A DNA stretch of 64,000 nt from Candidatus Latescibacterota bacterium (GTDB lineage: Bacteria > Latescibacterota > UBA2968). The stretch covers positions 64,001 to 128,000 of the forward strand of contig OZ244960.1 in assembly GCA_965222605.1 (NCBI GenBank), written 5' to 3'. Below the pieces are notes generated by a model that had not been told where the DNA came from, searched no databases, and was given only the letters and a program-made list of their open reading frames with translations. The translations under genes were made by a program, and so were the position numbers. Shown in pieces: positions 18,713 through 28,084 of this stretch (the stretch's first letter is position 1; each line of letters opens with the position of its first letter).

Positions 18713-21607
18713 CTACGGAACAACATCAATTCGAAAATCGTTGCCGACACGAGTCCCCATGAATCCATTCAAGTTGAAGCTACTGACGCAAATCTGGTCA
18801 CTACCGAAGAGGGGAGTATAAACGAAGCACCCGTCACCAATATTTCTAAACTCCCCACCGCTGACCGTACAGCTCTGGTTGGGACTTACGACCATCCCTG
18901 CCTGGCAGCGGCCAAGGCTCCCACCGCCGCTACTGCCACTGCTGACCGTGACGCGTACGCCGGTTGAGCAGTTGTTATTGGTATCACTCTCACCGCTGAC
19001 ACTCTCGACACACGCACCATAGTAATATGTGCCCGCACTCGATGGCGCATTCAAACTGATTGATTCAGTACTGCTGCCAGAAGCTGAAAGACCATTTACC
19101 GTGTCGGTACCTACTTCCGTATCGCTGGTAGAAATCGTTGCGTCTGGCGAGCGGTAATAGCGCAAGGTCGTAGAAGCAGAAGAACCCCTGCCCTGGTTGC
19201 GAACCGTCGCACTCAGTGTGAACGATTGCCCTGTGGTCAGGGTGCTATTACTTACTGAAGGCGATTCTACAATCAGGTCTGGACTGCTACTACCACCGCC
19301 ATCACCACTTCCTGATTGCCCGGAACTGGTGTACACATAGACCTTCTCATCATCCGGATCAACCACATAGAATCGGTCGTTGGCATACGTGATGCCTTCC
19401 CGATAATTATTATCTCTATGCAGATCGAAGTCTGCACTTGCATCACGCTGCCCGGAACTCGTGTACACATAGACCTTATCATCCCACCAATCAACCACAT
19501 AGAATCGGTCGTTGGCATACGTGATACCTTCCGGATAACCATTGTCTCTATGCAGATGGAAGGCTGCACTTGCATCATGCTGCCCAGAACTCGTGTACGC
19601 ATAGACATCATCACCCGAATCAACCACATAGAATCGGTCGTTGGCATACGTGATGCCTACCGGACGACCATTGTCGCTATGCAGATCGAAGTCTGCACTT
19701 GCATCACGCTGCCCGGAACTCGTGTACACATAGACCTTATCATCGGTCCCATCAACCACATAGAATCGGTCGTTGGCATACGTGATACCATACGCTATAC
19801 TGTTGTTGCTATCCAGATCGAAGTCTGCACTTGCATCATGCTGCCCAGAACTCGTGTACGCATAGACCTTATCATCAACCACATAGAGTCGGTTGTTGGC
19901 ATACGTGATGCCTGCTGCTCTCCTGTTGTTGCTATCCAGATAGAAAGATGTGCTCGGCGGCGTCTCACCACCACTTCCTGATTGCCCGGAACTCGTGTAC
20001 ACATAGACCTTATCAAGCCAATCAACCACATAGAATCGGTTGTTGGCATACGTGATGCCTCCCGCTATAATGTTGTTGCTATCCAGATAGAAGTCTGCAC
20101 TTGCATCATGCTGCCCGGAACTCGTGTACACATAGACCTTCTCATCGGTCCGATCAACCACATAGAGTCGGTCGTTGGCATACGTGATACCACCCGGACG
20201 CTTATTCTCTCTGTGCAGATCGAAGTCTGCACTTGCATCACGCTGCCCGGAACTCGTGTACGCATAGACCTTATCATAAAACCCATCAACCACATAGAAC
20301 CGGTCGTTGGCATACGTGATACCATACGCTATAAAGATGTTGCCCAGATCGAAGTCTGCACTTGCATCACGCTGCCCGGAACTCGTGTACGCATAGACCT
20401 TATCATCATCTACATCAGCCACATAGAATCGGTTGTTGGCATACGTGATACCACCCGGATCACCATTGTCTCTATGCAGATCGAAGTCTGCACTTGCATC
20501 ACGCTGCCCGGAACTCGTGTACGCATAGACCTTATCATCCCCCCCCTCAGTAAACAATTCTCCCTGATCAACCACATAGAATCGGTTGTTGGCATACGTG
20601 ATGCCTTCCGGATAATCATTGCCTCTATGCAAATCGAAAGGGGTGCTCGTTGGCGGCGTCCCACTGCCACCGCTACTACCGCCGTTAGAAGGCGACACTT
20701 GCTGACCAAATCTACTGCTAAATATCAGAAAATCGGAAAATCCAATTGCGCCATCGCTATCCAGGTCATATTTGGCTTCATACCTTCCATCCCCTTGACG
20801 TGATCCAAACTGACCTGCAAACGCCAAAAAGTCAGCAAAGCCAACCGTGCCATCGCCATCAAAATCGGGAGAGATCATGGCATTGAACGAGATCGCATTT
20901 GTTGTTGTGATTACGTCGCTCAATACCGCGCTTTCAGCAAGCGTAACCTCCTTAATACCAAGGGTAAATTCCTTATTCGTAACATCCGCTGCGGTGGAAA
21001 ACTCAGCCCTTGCCAGAAAACCGGAAGATGGCAAAGTAACAGGCGTAGTAGCCGCAAAATTCGCGCCCGTCGCTTCTGGAATAGAAAGGGCAAAAGCACT
21101 ATTCTCGACCTTGTCAAGCGTCAAAACAGACGCATCAAAATCAAATAGGATTTTCACACCACTCAGCGGTGTAGTCACACCCTTTGCGAAAACTTCAACA
21201 GCGATCTTCGTGCCCTGCCCAGAAACAACGCCTGATGTGACGCCATCATCTATCTGATTGCCCGCCTCGCCATCGGTAATCAGGTCAAGTGACAGAACAG
21301 CATTGGCATTGGAGCCAACAGCAATTTTTGCGCGGCGTTCAAGTTCCGCATCCAATGTCGCCCTTTCTTTACGCGCTTTTTTCTCTGCGAGGTGCTCAAG
21401 CCACTGCCTTTCAGCCCGGTCAGCGACAATTTTTGTGCGGCGTGCGGAATCCGTGTCTAAATTGCTGCCATTGACACTCATATCAGGCGATAGTGTTGCA
21501 TTGACATTGGGATCAGGAGCGTCAGCAGCGGCGTGCCGACGACCCACCAGGACCAACAATGCCAGCACAATCATCAGCAAGCTCGCTGACAACATATGTT
21601 TGCCCAT
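18713..21607 (-). CDS. Secreted modular protein: cohesin-like domain, dockerin-like EF-hand pair, 10 beta-propeller (NHL-like) repeats, CARDB-like domain, Cys-rich tail
   Basis: Signal peptide; DFDGDGTVGFADFL and DLDSDGAIGFSDFL; GITYANxRFYVVD repeats; PDLIV...TVRNQG...ESDTNNN. Confidence 0.85.
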   Translation of the reverse strand: MGKHMLSASLLMIVLALLVLVGRRHAAADAPDPNVNATLSPDMSVNGSNLDTDSARRTKIVADRAERQWLEHLAEKKARKERATLDAELERRAKIAVGSNANAVLSLDLITDGEAGNQIDDGVTSGVVSGQGTKIAVEVFAKGVTTPLSGVKILFDFDASVLTLDKVENSAFALSIPEATGANFAATTPVTLPSSGFLARAEFSTAADVTNKEFTLGIKEVTLAESAVLSDVITTTNAISFNAMISPDFDGDGTVGFADFLAFAGQFGSRQGDGRYEAKYDLDSDGAIGFSDFLIFSSRFGQQVSPSNGGSSGGSGTPPTSTPFDLHRGNDYPEGITYANNRFYVVDQGELFTEGGDDKVYAYTSSGQRDASADFDLHRDNGDPGGITYANNRFYVADVDDDKVYAYTSSGQRDASADFDLGNIFIAYGITYANDRFYVVDGFYDKVYAYTSSGQRDASADFDLHRENKRPGGITYANDRLYVVDRTDEKVYVYTSSGQHDASADFYLDSNNIIAGGITYANNRFYVVDWLDKVYVYTSSGQSGSGGETPPSTSFYLDSNNRRAAGITYANNRLYVVDDKVYAYTSSGQHDASADFDLDSNNSIAYGITYANDRFYVVDGTDDKVYVYTSSGQRDASADFDLHSDNGRPVGITYANDRFYVVDSGDDVYAYTSSGQHDASAAFHLHRDNGYPEGITYANDRFYVVDWWDDKVYVYTSSGQRDASADFDLHRDNNYREGITYANDRFYVVDPDDEKVYVYTSSGQSGSGDGGGSSSPDLIVESPSVSNSTLTTGQSFTLSATVRNQGRGSSASTTLRYYRSPDATISTSDTEVGTDTVNGLSASGSSTESISLNAPSSAGTYYYGACVESVSGESDTNNNCSTGVRVTVSSGSSGGGSLGRCQAGMVVSPNQSCTVSGGEFRNIGDGCFVYTPLFGSDQICVSSFNLNGFMGTRVGNDFRIDVVP
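19316..20638 (-). repeat. Intragenic tandem array: 2 x 5 repeats of ~132 nt
   Basis: Constant blocks ATCACGTATGCCAAC and TACACGAGTTC.GGGCAGC.TGATGCAAGTGCAG recur; the two blocks are separated by an SGSGGETPPSTS linker. Confidence 0.95.
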
Positions 21608-21723
21608 GGGAAGCCCTCCAAAAAATGTAATTGATTTTAGGGTTGTGAGTTCTACGCGGATTCTTATGATTGTTTTTTAGATAGTGGATTCCACACAGAC
21701 AGTGTAGCCCTGCCTTTTCGCCA

Positions 21724-22530
21724 TTACTTCAGCAACATCATGCGCTGAACCTGAGAAAAATCGGCCACTGACATGCGATAAATATAAATCCCACTGGCTA
21801 CTTGCTTGCCAAATTCATCCGTACCATCCCAAACGACCGAGTGAAAACCCGCATCCATTGACTCTCGGACTAAAGTGCGAACTTCCTGCCCGAGCAGATT
21901 GTAGATCACCAGTTGGACGTCACCGGCTTCTGGCAACCGATAGTCTATCGTTGTGGAGGGGTTAAAAGGATTCGGGACATTTTGCCCAAGAGCGTAATCT
22001 TTGGGCATGGTCTTGAAAGTGCCAATTTCAATATTGGTAATGGCATCAATACCACCAACCAAATCAACCATCACACCGTCGAAAATCTGAAAATCAGAGG
22101 CAAGAGGCGTCTGTGTGGTTTTAAACGTAAACTCGACCAGAGCGCCATCGCCACTGACCGCCTGGCCATCGACCTTCATCGCACCAACAGCCACTTGCCC
22201 GGGCGTCTTGTTAGACGCGAGAAATAGCGCGGGCTGCCCACTGTTCGCATCGAGCAGATTTTGATCGACCTGGCGTGCTTCGACAAACTCATACTTGGAT
22301 TGATCGTACTGCAGCACAAAACCGTAACCCTTCAATTTCTGCGCGTGATTGACAGCAATCTGCAACTTCAGAACACCATCTTCGGCAACAATATTTTGCG
22401 TGCGTTGCGGCACCAGACTTGCCAGGCTATTTTCGCCGCCCGTAAACTCTATACCCTGTGTCAGAAGTCCAGCAATGGCCGATCCAACCAGACCCAGACC
22501 CAAACCTGCAGCAACAATTAAACGCTTCAT
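21724..22530 (-). CDS. Secreted cohesin-like protein with FlgD-Ig/T9SS-like C-terminal domain
   Basis: AGGAGG RBS, signal peptide, LKGYGFVLQYD...GDGALVEFTF, C-terminal QNVPNPFNPSTTI...WDGTD...ASGIYIYRM...MMLLK. Confidence 0.8.
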   Translation of the reverse strand: MKRLIVAAGLGLGLVGSAIAGLLTQGIEFTGGENSLASLVPQRTQNIVAEDGVLKLQIAVNHAQKLKGYGFVLQYDQSKYEFVEARQVDQNLLDANSGQPALFLASNKTPGQVAVGAMKVDGQAVSGDGALVEFTFKTTQTPLASDFQIFDGVMVDLVGGIDAITNIEIGTFKTMPKDYALGQNVPNPFNPSTTIDYRLPEAGDVQLVIYNLLGQEVRTLVRESMDAGFHSVVWDGTDEFGKQVASGIYIYRMSVADFSQVQRMMLLK

Positions 22531-22758
22531 AGCACTTCCTCCTGTTGAAGAATGTTCAGGGAACATTTAAGGAACTTACTGTGTCGCAATAGCTTATGAC
22601 GCCTATTTTTAAGGATAATTACTTGCTAATCAAAGCTTGCTACCACCTACAAGTTCCTTTCATACATAACCCCATGCGGGGTCAGATGCTGATAAGGTAC
22701 CCACCGAAACGGGTCAAGTCCAAGCCTAAATACGCCACCAAAATGGGGAACTCCAATC

Positions 22759-23247
22759 TCATTCAGCTTTTTTTATTTGAATCTGGACAGTTTGAGGCGA
22801 CACAACTTTTAAAAATACATCTTCATCTTCGGTTAGTACCATTTTAACGGGTATATCCAAAGCACCTGTTTGTTTGCTAGTGAGATTGACGGTGATTTCT
22901 TTTGGCTCGAGATTATTCCAGGTGCCCATGGCGGCATCTATAATGAGGGGTACTAAGCCACCGAGAATATCAAGGACAACGATACCTACGTTGACTTTTT
23001 GTCCAATTTTTACCTGCTGCGTCTCGTATCCTTCTTTTGAGATGGTAACAACATAACTATTATTGCGTTGCAGTTCGATCATCGCCGGGGTGAGATCTGT
23101 TGTACCATCGACTTCAATAGTGCTTCCTTGCGGGAATGATTTGATGCTCACGGTTTGAGTAGTACCCATAAAAAGTGCGCCACAACTGAAAAAAGAAAAA
23201 GCACACAGCAGGACTGCTAAAATGTAATTGATGACTCCCTTGTTCAT
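22759..23247 (-). CDS. PEGA-domain lipoprotein
   Basis: Lipobox FFSC; SFPQGSTIEVDG...TP...ISKEGYET; hydrophobic DILGGLVPLIIDA. Confidence 0.75.
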   Translation of the reverse strand: MNKGVINYILAVLLCAFSFFSCGALFMGTTQTVSIKSFPQGSTIEVDGTTDLTPAMIELQRNNSYVVTISKEGYETQQVKIGQKVNVGIVVLDILGGLVPLIIDAAMGTWNNLEPKEITVNLTSKQTGALDIPVKMVLTEDEDVFLKVVSPQTVQIQIKKAE

Positions 23248-23268
23248 GACAGTGTTCCTTTCAATTGG

Positions 23269-23385
23269 TTACAGGAATAAACGATGATGATTTACAACTG
23301 GAAGATAGCTATATCGTCGTTCAGTTATCACATTCGCTGTCTCTATAAAACGTTTTCTGCCGTTGCGGTATAAAAAAATCCGCAT
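23269..23385 (-). CDS. Putative small ORF or gene stub (38 aa)
   Basis: Strong GAGGAGG RBS before MRIFLYRNGRKRFIETANV...; no recognisable family. Confidence 0.3.
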   Translation of the reverse strand: MRIFLYRNGRKRFIETANVITERRYSYLPVVNHHRLFL

Positions 23386-23584
23386 TTTGTTCCTCCTCTA
23401 CGCAAGACGTAGTGTGATATGGTTGTGGGCTTGATCCGTTTTGGATGCTGTGCTGTTGCCGAATTATATTTTTACCATATCATGTAGGGTTTTTGATTCC
23501 ATATACCTCTCTTATAGCTGACTGAAGGCAATTCAACAACCAGGCTGGCAGAACTGCCGCCGCCCCGCCCCAAATCTACACTGG

Positions 23585-24172
23585 TCAGAACGTGACACGG
23601 GCACCCAGGACCACTTTAGGATTCTCCTTCTGACCGGATACCACATTGATCATGGGACTAACTCGCAAACGTCCACTCGCAGATGGTTTTGAGATGGTCA
23701 TCCATTCTTCACGCCTTATCAATGTACCGATGAGCAGGCCACCCAGCCCCAGTCCACCACCCCATACGACAGAGGACAAAACCATCGCCTCAACACCGAT
23801 CTCATCGCACTCTTCATCGGCGGTGCCGAAGGTCAGGGTCTGGCAAGTGTTATAAATGAGCGAACCGTATATATATCCCGCAATGACACCGGTTCCACCC
23901 CCAATTACGAACCCTTTTTTTCCGTGGTTTCGGGTCCCCAGGCTTCGTTCCAACTTCTGGATATTAGCGTGTATGACGCGTTGAGATCTGCCATCAGACA
24001 GGTTGAGTTCGAAACTACTCTGGCCCTTTGCTGCGACAGTGCCAATCACGGTGCTATTTTCCAAGGTCACGCGGAGACGCTCGCCTAAGTTTTGGCCAAA
24101 AAGAGGGGCTGGCAAACTCAGGGCTAAGGCCATTACACTCATGAGAACGATGAATTTCTGTAGGTGTTTCAT
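23585..24172 (-). CDS. Secreted hypothetical protein with Gly-rich hydrophobic hairpin and C-terminal Phe
   Basis: AAGGAG RBS, signal peptide, GGGTGVIAG...GGGLGLGG, ends LGARVTF. Confidence 0.7.
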   Translation of the reverse strand: MKHLQKFIVLMSVMALALSLPAPLFGQNLGERLRVTLENSTVIGTVAAKGQSSFELNLSDGRSQRVIHANIQKLERSLGTRNHGKKGFVIGGGTGVIAGYIYGSLIYNTCQTLTFGTADEECDEIGVEAMVLSSVVWGGGLGLGGLLIGTLIRREEWMTISKPSASGRLRVSPMINVVSGQKENPKVVLGARVTF

Positions 24173-24285
24173 GTCTGCTACTCCTTCCTTGAAAAAAGGT
24201 AAAACTGAGATCACTCCTCAGTTCGTGAAATTGACTGACCGGGTCTTTTTTTAGACGAGACCGCATGGGTTGTTGTGAGTTCGTC

Positions 24286-24361
24286 GTTTGCATTGGGACC
24301 CGCAGAAACTTGACCCGCAAACGCCAGAAATGCAAAGGCAACAATACTTTTTTTCAAACAT
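24286..24361 (-). pseudogene. 5' stub of a dockerin-family secreted protein
   Basis: (M)LKKSIVAFAFLAFAGQVSAGPNAN: a signal peptide plus a GPNAN motif matching GSNANAVLSLDL in the 18713-21607 protein; ATG is out of frame by one base. Confidence 0.55.
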
Positions 24362-24438
24362 TTGCAACCCCCGATGTCATTGTTGTTTTTCAGATATTTA
24401 CATGGTGGTTCCACACAGGCCGTGTAGCCCTTTCGCCA

Positions 24439-24532
24439 TTACTTCAGCAATATCATGCGCTGAACCCTGGTAAAATCGGCCACTGACATGCGATAAATGT
24501 AAATACCACTGGTGACTTGTTTGCCAAACTCA
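24439..24532 (-). pseudogene. Duplicated 3' end of the cohesin/FlgD gene
   Basis: EFGKQVTSGIYIYRMSVADFTRVQRMILLK* aligns with 21724-21817; the downstream intergenic DNA is also similar (24380-24438 vs 21670-21723). Confidence 0.85.
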
Positions 24533-24683
24533 AAGGAATGTGGCGCACGCGCCACTTAAAACTGTTCATTGTTTAAGATAAATAAATTTTCTGACGATTT
24601 CTCCACCTAAAGTTTGTCCTGACGTTCAAAATTTGTCTCAGTTTCCATTTTTTTCACATATAGTCGAACTATTGCGAAAAAAA

Positions 24684-24710
24684 TGTAACTGACTTTGTGG
24701 CTGTGGCGTT
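24684..24710 (+). promoter_or_regulatory. Possible ECF-sigma promoter
   Basis: TGTAAC-17 nt-CGTT upstream of the CocE/sulfatase operon. Confidence 0.3.
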
Positions 24711-24807
24711 TTATATTTTGACACAGCCATCAGATTAGCGATAAAGGAGACACCATGGACCTCTCCAAATTTCAAGACGATACTATTCTCGCCGATAGGA
24801 GGTTTTC

Positions 24808-26484
24808 ATGCAGACCAACTACGACGTCAACATGCAATTAGATGTCAAAGTGCCCATGCGAGACGGCATTAACCTCTCCGCCGACATCTACCTGCCCCGA
24901 GCACGGGGCAAATTTCCCACCGTGCTCATGCGAACGCCTTATAGCAACAACGCCGACAACATGGTTGAAAAAGCCCGACGGCTTGCCAACAATAGCTATG
25001 CCTGCCTTATTCAAGACTGCCGAGGACGATGGGACTCAGAAGGGGAATATTACGCCTTTCGGGAAGGCGAAGATGGGTACGATACCCAGGAATGGATTGG
25101 CAAACAAGAATGGTGCAATGGCAAAATCGGCATGGCCGGCAGCTCCTATGGCGGCACGGTCCAGTGGCGTAGCGCGCCGTATCGCAGCCAGTACCTCAAA
25201 TGCATCACACCCCGCGTTATATGCACGGACTATTACTCAGGCCTCGTCCACCCCGGCGGTGCTTTCCAACTCAATGTCATGATGACCTGGGGCATGCGCA
25301 CCAATGCTCGCACCGCGCAAACCATTGAATTCCACAACTGGACCGAAGCATTCCGCGCACTGCCCCTCATAGAAATGGATGAACAGGCAGGCCGCAACCT
25401 GAATTTCTGGAAAGACTGGGTCGAACACGCCGCTTACGACGACTACTGGGAACAATTCAATGACGAAACCAAATGGGGCGAAATCGCCGTCCCCGCGTTC
25501 AACATGGGCGGCTGGTACGATTTGTACGCGGCACAGACCTTCACAAACTTCAACGGCCTGCGCCTGCACGGTCGCACCGAAGAAGCAAAAAAGGGCAAAC
25601 TTATCGTCGGCCCCTGGCCGCATTCCCTTAGCCTATCGCCCAAAACTGGCGATGTTGACTTCGGCGCACCATCAATGGTCGATCTGGAAAGCCTTGAACA
25701 GCGCTGGTTCGACCACTGGCTCAAAGGTATTGATAACGGCATTGCGGATGAACCCCCTTTGCGCCTCTTTATTATGGGCATCAACCAGTGGCGCGACGAA
25801 TGCGAATGGCCGCTTGCGAGAACCCAATGGCAAAAATGGCACCTGCACTCGGGTGGCAGTGCCAATACCCTGCTCGGCAACGGCACGATCTCCACGGCAT
25901 CACCAGAGAACGAATCGCCCGATCACTACACTTACGATCCGCGCTACCCCACCCCGACGATGGGCGGCAACAACTGTTGCTCACCCCACATCGTACCATG
26001 GGGACCTTATGACCAGCGTCCAGTAGAAATGCGCAGCGACGTACTTTGTTACACCAGCGACCCCCTCGAAACAGCCCTGGAAGTCACGGGCCCCATCAAA
26101 GCCGTCATCTACGCCGCCACCGACTGCACAGACACCGATTGGACCGCCAAACTTGTCGATGTATCGCCTACTGGATATGCTATGAACCTCTGTGACGGCA
26201 TCCTGCGTGCGCGCTTTCGGGAAAGCCTCACCAACCCTACCCTGCTCAACCCCGGCAACGTCTATGCCTATGAAATTGACCTCGGCGTAACCGGAAACGT
26301 ATTTAAAAAGGGCCACCGCATCCGCCTTGAAATATCTTCTTCCAATTTCCCCCGGTTTGACCGCAATCTCAATACAGGCGGTTCTCTGGGTCGTGAGACC
26401 GAGATGCGCCAGGCCCATCAAACCGTCTATCACTCAAGAGCATACCCATCCCACATCACACTGCCCGTTATTCCCTCGGCATAG
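24808..26484 (+). CDS. CocE/NonD family hydrolase
   Basis: RTPY, QDCRGRWDSEG, GSSYGG nucleophile, GWYD, GPWPH and SSSNFPRFDRN motifs. Confidence 0.92.
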   Translation: MQTNYDVNMQLDVKVPMRDGINLSADIYLPRARGKFPTVLMRTPYSNNADNMVEKARRLANNSYACLIQDCRGRWDSEGEYYAFREGEDGYDTQEWIGKQEWCNGKIGMAGSSYGGTVQWRSAPYRSQYLKCITPRVICTDYYSGLVHPGGAFQLNVMMTWGMRTNARTAQTIEFHNWTEAFRALPLIEMDEQAGRNLNFWKDWVEHAAYDDYWEQFNDETKWGEIAVPAFNMGGWYDLYAAQTFTNFNGLRLHGRTEEAKKGKLIVGPWPHSLSLSPKTGDVDFGAPSMVDLESLEQRWFDHWLKGIDNGIADEPPLRLFIMGINQWRDECEWPLARTQWQKWHLHSGGSANTLLGNGTISTASPENESPDHYTYDPRYPTPTMGGNNCCSPHIVPWGPYDQRPVEMRSDVLCYTSDPLETALEVTGPIKAVIYAATDCTDTDWTAKLVDVSPTGYAMNLCDGILRARFRESLTNPTLLNPGNVYAYEIDLGVTGNVFKKGHRIRLEISSSNFPRFDRNLNTGGSLGRETEMRQAHQTVYHSRAYPSHITLPVIPSA

Positions 26485-26507
26485 CACCCCATCAAGCGGA
26501 GAATGAT

Positions 26508-27953
26508 ATGTCAGATCCTCGACCAAATATCCTGCTCATCACGACCGACCAGCAACGCGGCGACTGCATAGGTCTCGACCCGTGCAGTCCCCCTTGCCTG
26601 CAAACCCCCAACCTGGACTGGATTGCCCGCACTGGCACGCACTTTCACCGCGGATACTCCGAATGCCCCAGTTGCATACCCGCTCGCCGCTGCCTCATGA
26701 CCGGCACAGCACCTGCAGCAAATGGCGTTGTCGGATTCAAAAGCGCTCAGTGGCACCCGCCTCACACCCTGGCCGGCGAATTGTCCAGGGCGGGGTATCA
26801 AACAGAAATGATAGGCAAACTCCACTTAAACCCCAAACGCAAGCGCTATGGCTTCGACCACATGCAACTGGCCGACGCCACCCGGGGCGACCACAACGAC
26901 TATGTTGAATGGCTGCAGCAATACCACAACCGCAATGAAGTACACCCCGGCATGGCCCACGGTATCTCCTCCAACGGATGGATCGGTCGCCCACACCACC
27001 TGCCCGAAGAACAGATGCACACCTTCTGGTGTATCGACAGAGCAATGGACTTTCTCCAAAAACGCGATCCCACAGTCCCGTTTTTTCTCAACATATCCCT
27101 TATCGACCCCCATCCCCCGCTTACCCCCCCTGCTCTCTATTACGATCGCTATATCCAGCGGAACTTACCCGATCCCGTCATCGGAGACTGGGCACCCGAA
27201 TACGACGGTCCCCAAAAGGGTCTCGACCCCAATGCCTGGCAAATTTGCCTCGACGAACACGACATGCGCTGTTCTCGCGCGGCTTATTACGGCATGATCA
27301 ACTTCATAGACGACCAGATCGGCCGCCTCATCCAATATACCGGTGGTCTCAACAACTGTTTGACCATCTTCACATCCGACCACGGCGAAATGCTGGGCGA
27401 CCACAACCTCTTTCGCAAAACCTGGCCATATGAAGCATCTGCCCGAATTCCATTTCTCATACGCGCCCCAAAAAAATGGGGATACCCCGAAGAAATCACC
27501 ACCAAAAGTCCCGTCGGCATTCAGGACATCATGCCCACTATCCTCGATGCGGCCAGCATCGACATCCCCAATACCTGCACGGGCAAAAGCCTCCTGCCCG
27601 TCCTGCGAGGCGACACTGATCGCGTCCGAAAATTTCTACACGGAGAACACGCGGGCTGTTATGCCCCCGATCACGGCAACCACTATGTCACGGATGGCCA
27701 CCACAAATACATCTGGTATTCCCAAACGGGCGAAGAACACCTTTTCGACCTCGATGAAGACCCTCACGAAATGCGCGACATCACGCGCAATCCCAACTCT
27801 GAAAAGGGAATACAACCCTGGCGAAATCGCCTCATCGAAGTCCTCAAAGACCGTCCAGAAGGTTTTACCGATGGCACTCATTTAATCCCCGGCCAACCCC
27901 ACGAAGAACTCCTGCCTGGCTACACTCCCGAAGCGACCTACCCCTATTTATAA
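26508..27953 (+). CDS. Cys-type sulfatase
   Basis: PNILLITTDQQR, CIPAR formylglycine motif, GKLH, PHPP and SDHGEMLGDH motifs. Confidence 0.92.
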   Translation: MSDPRPNILLITTDQQRGDCIGLDPCSPPCLQTPNLDWIARTGTHFHRGYSECPSCIPARRCLMTGTAPAANGVVGFKSAQWHPPHTLAGELSRAGYQTEMIGKLHLNPKRKRYGFDHMQLADATRGDHNDYVEWLQQYHNRNEVHPGMAHGISSNGWIGRPHHLPEEQMHTFWCIDRAMDFLQKRDPTVPFFLNISLIDPHPPLTPPALYYDRYIQRNLPDPVIGDWAPEYDGPQKGLDPNAWQICLDEHDMRCSRAAYYGMINFIDDQIGRLIQYTGGLNNCLTIFTSDHGEMLGDHNLFRKTWPYEASARIPFLIRAPKKWGYPEEITTKSPVGIQDIMPTILDAASIDIPNTCTGKSLLPVLRGDTDRVRKFLHGEHAGCYAPDHGNHYVTDGHHKYIWYSQTGEEHLFDLDEDPHEMRDITRNPNSEKGIQPWRNRLIEVLKDRPEGFTDGTHLIPGQPHEELLPGYTPEATYPYL

Positions 27954-27977
27954 GGAATCATCAATCTGTTCATCCCC

Positions 27978-28007
27978 ACCGCCCGACAACAACGGGCGGT
28001 TTTTTTT
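27978..28007 (+). terminator. Rho-independent terminator
   Basis: ACCGCCCG-acaacaa-CGGGCGGT followed by a T run. Confidence 0.85.
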
Positions 28008-28084
28008 GTGTTTTTTAGAGCAACTTATGTGCATTTTAGCAGTTAAAATAAAATACCCCACTTCCCCAACTCCGGAGACGCCAA

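Noticed and set aside
19316-20638. CRISPR array
   Set aside because: The period is ~132 nt, lengths stay in frame inside a 964-aa ORF, the variable parts are short and related to each other, and no cas genes are present.
19273-20803. Repetitive ORFs in other frames or on the opposite strand (e.g. 19316-19981, 19982-20803)
   Set aside because: Shadows of the repeat array, with no RBS or independent motifs.
18713-21607. Diversity-generating retroelement target
   Set aside because: No reverse transcriptase or separate template repeat in the window; the variation includes indels and is not confined to adenine positions. A remote DGR cannot be fully excluded.
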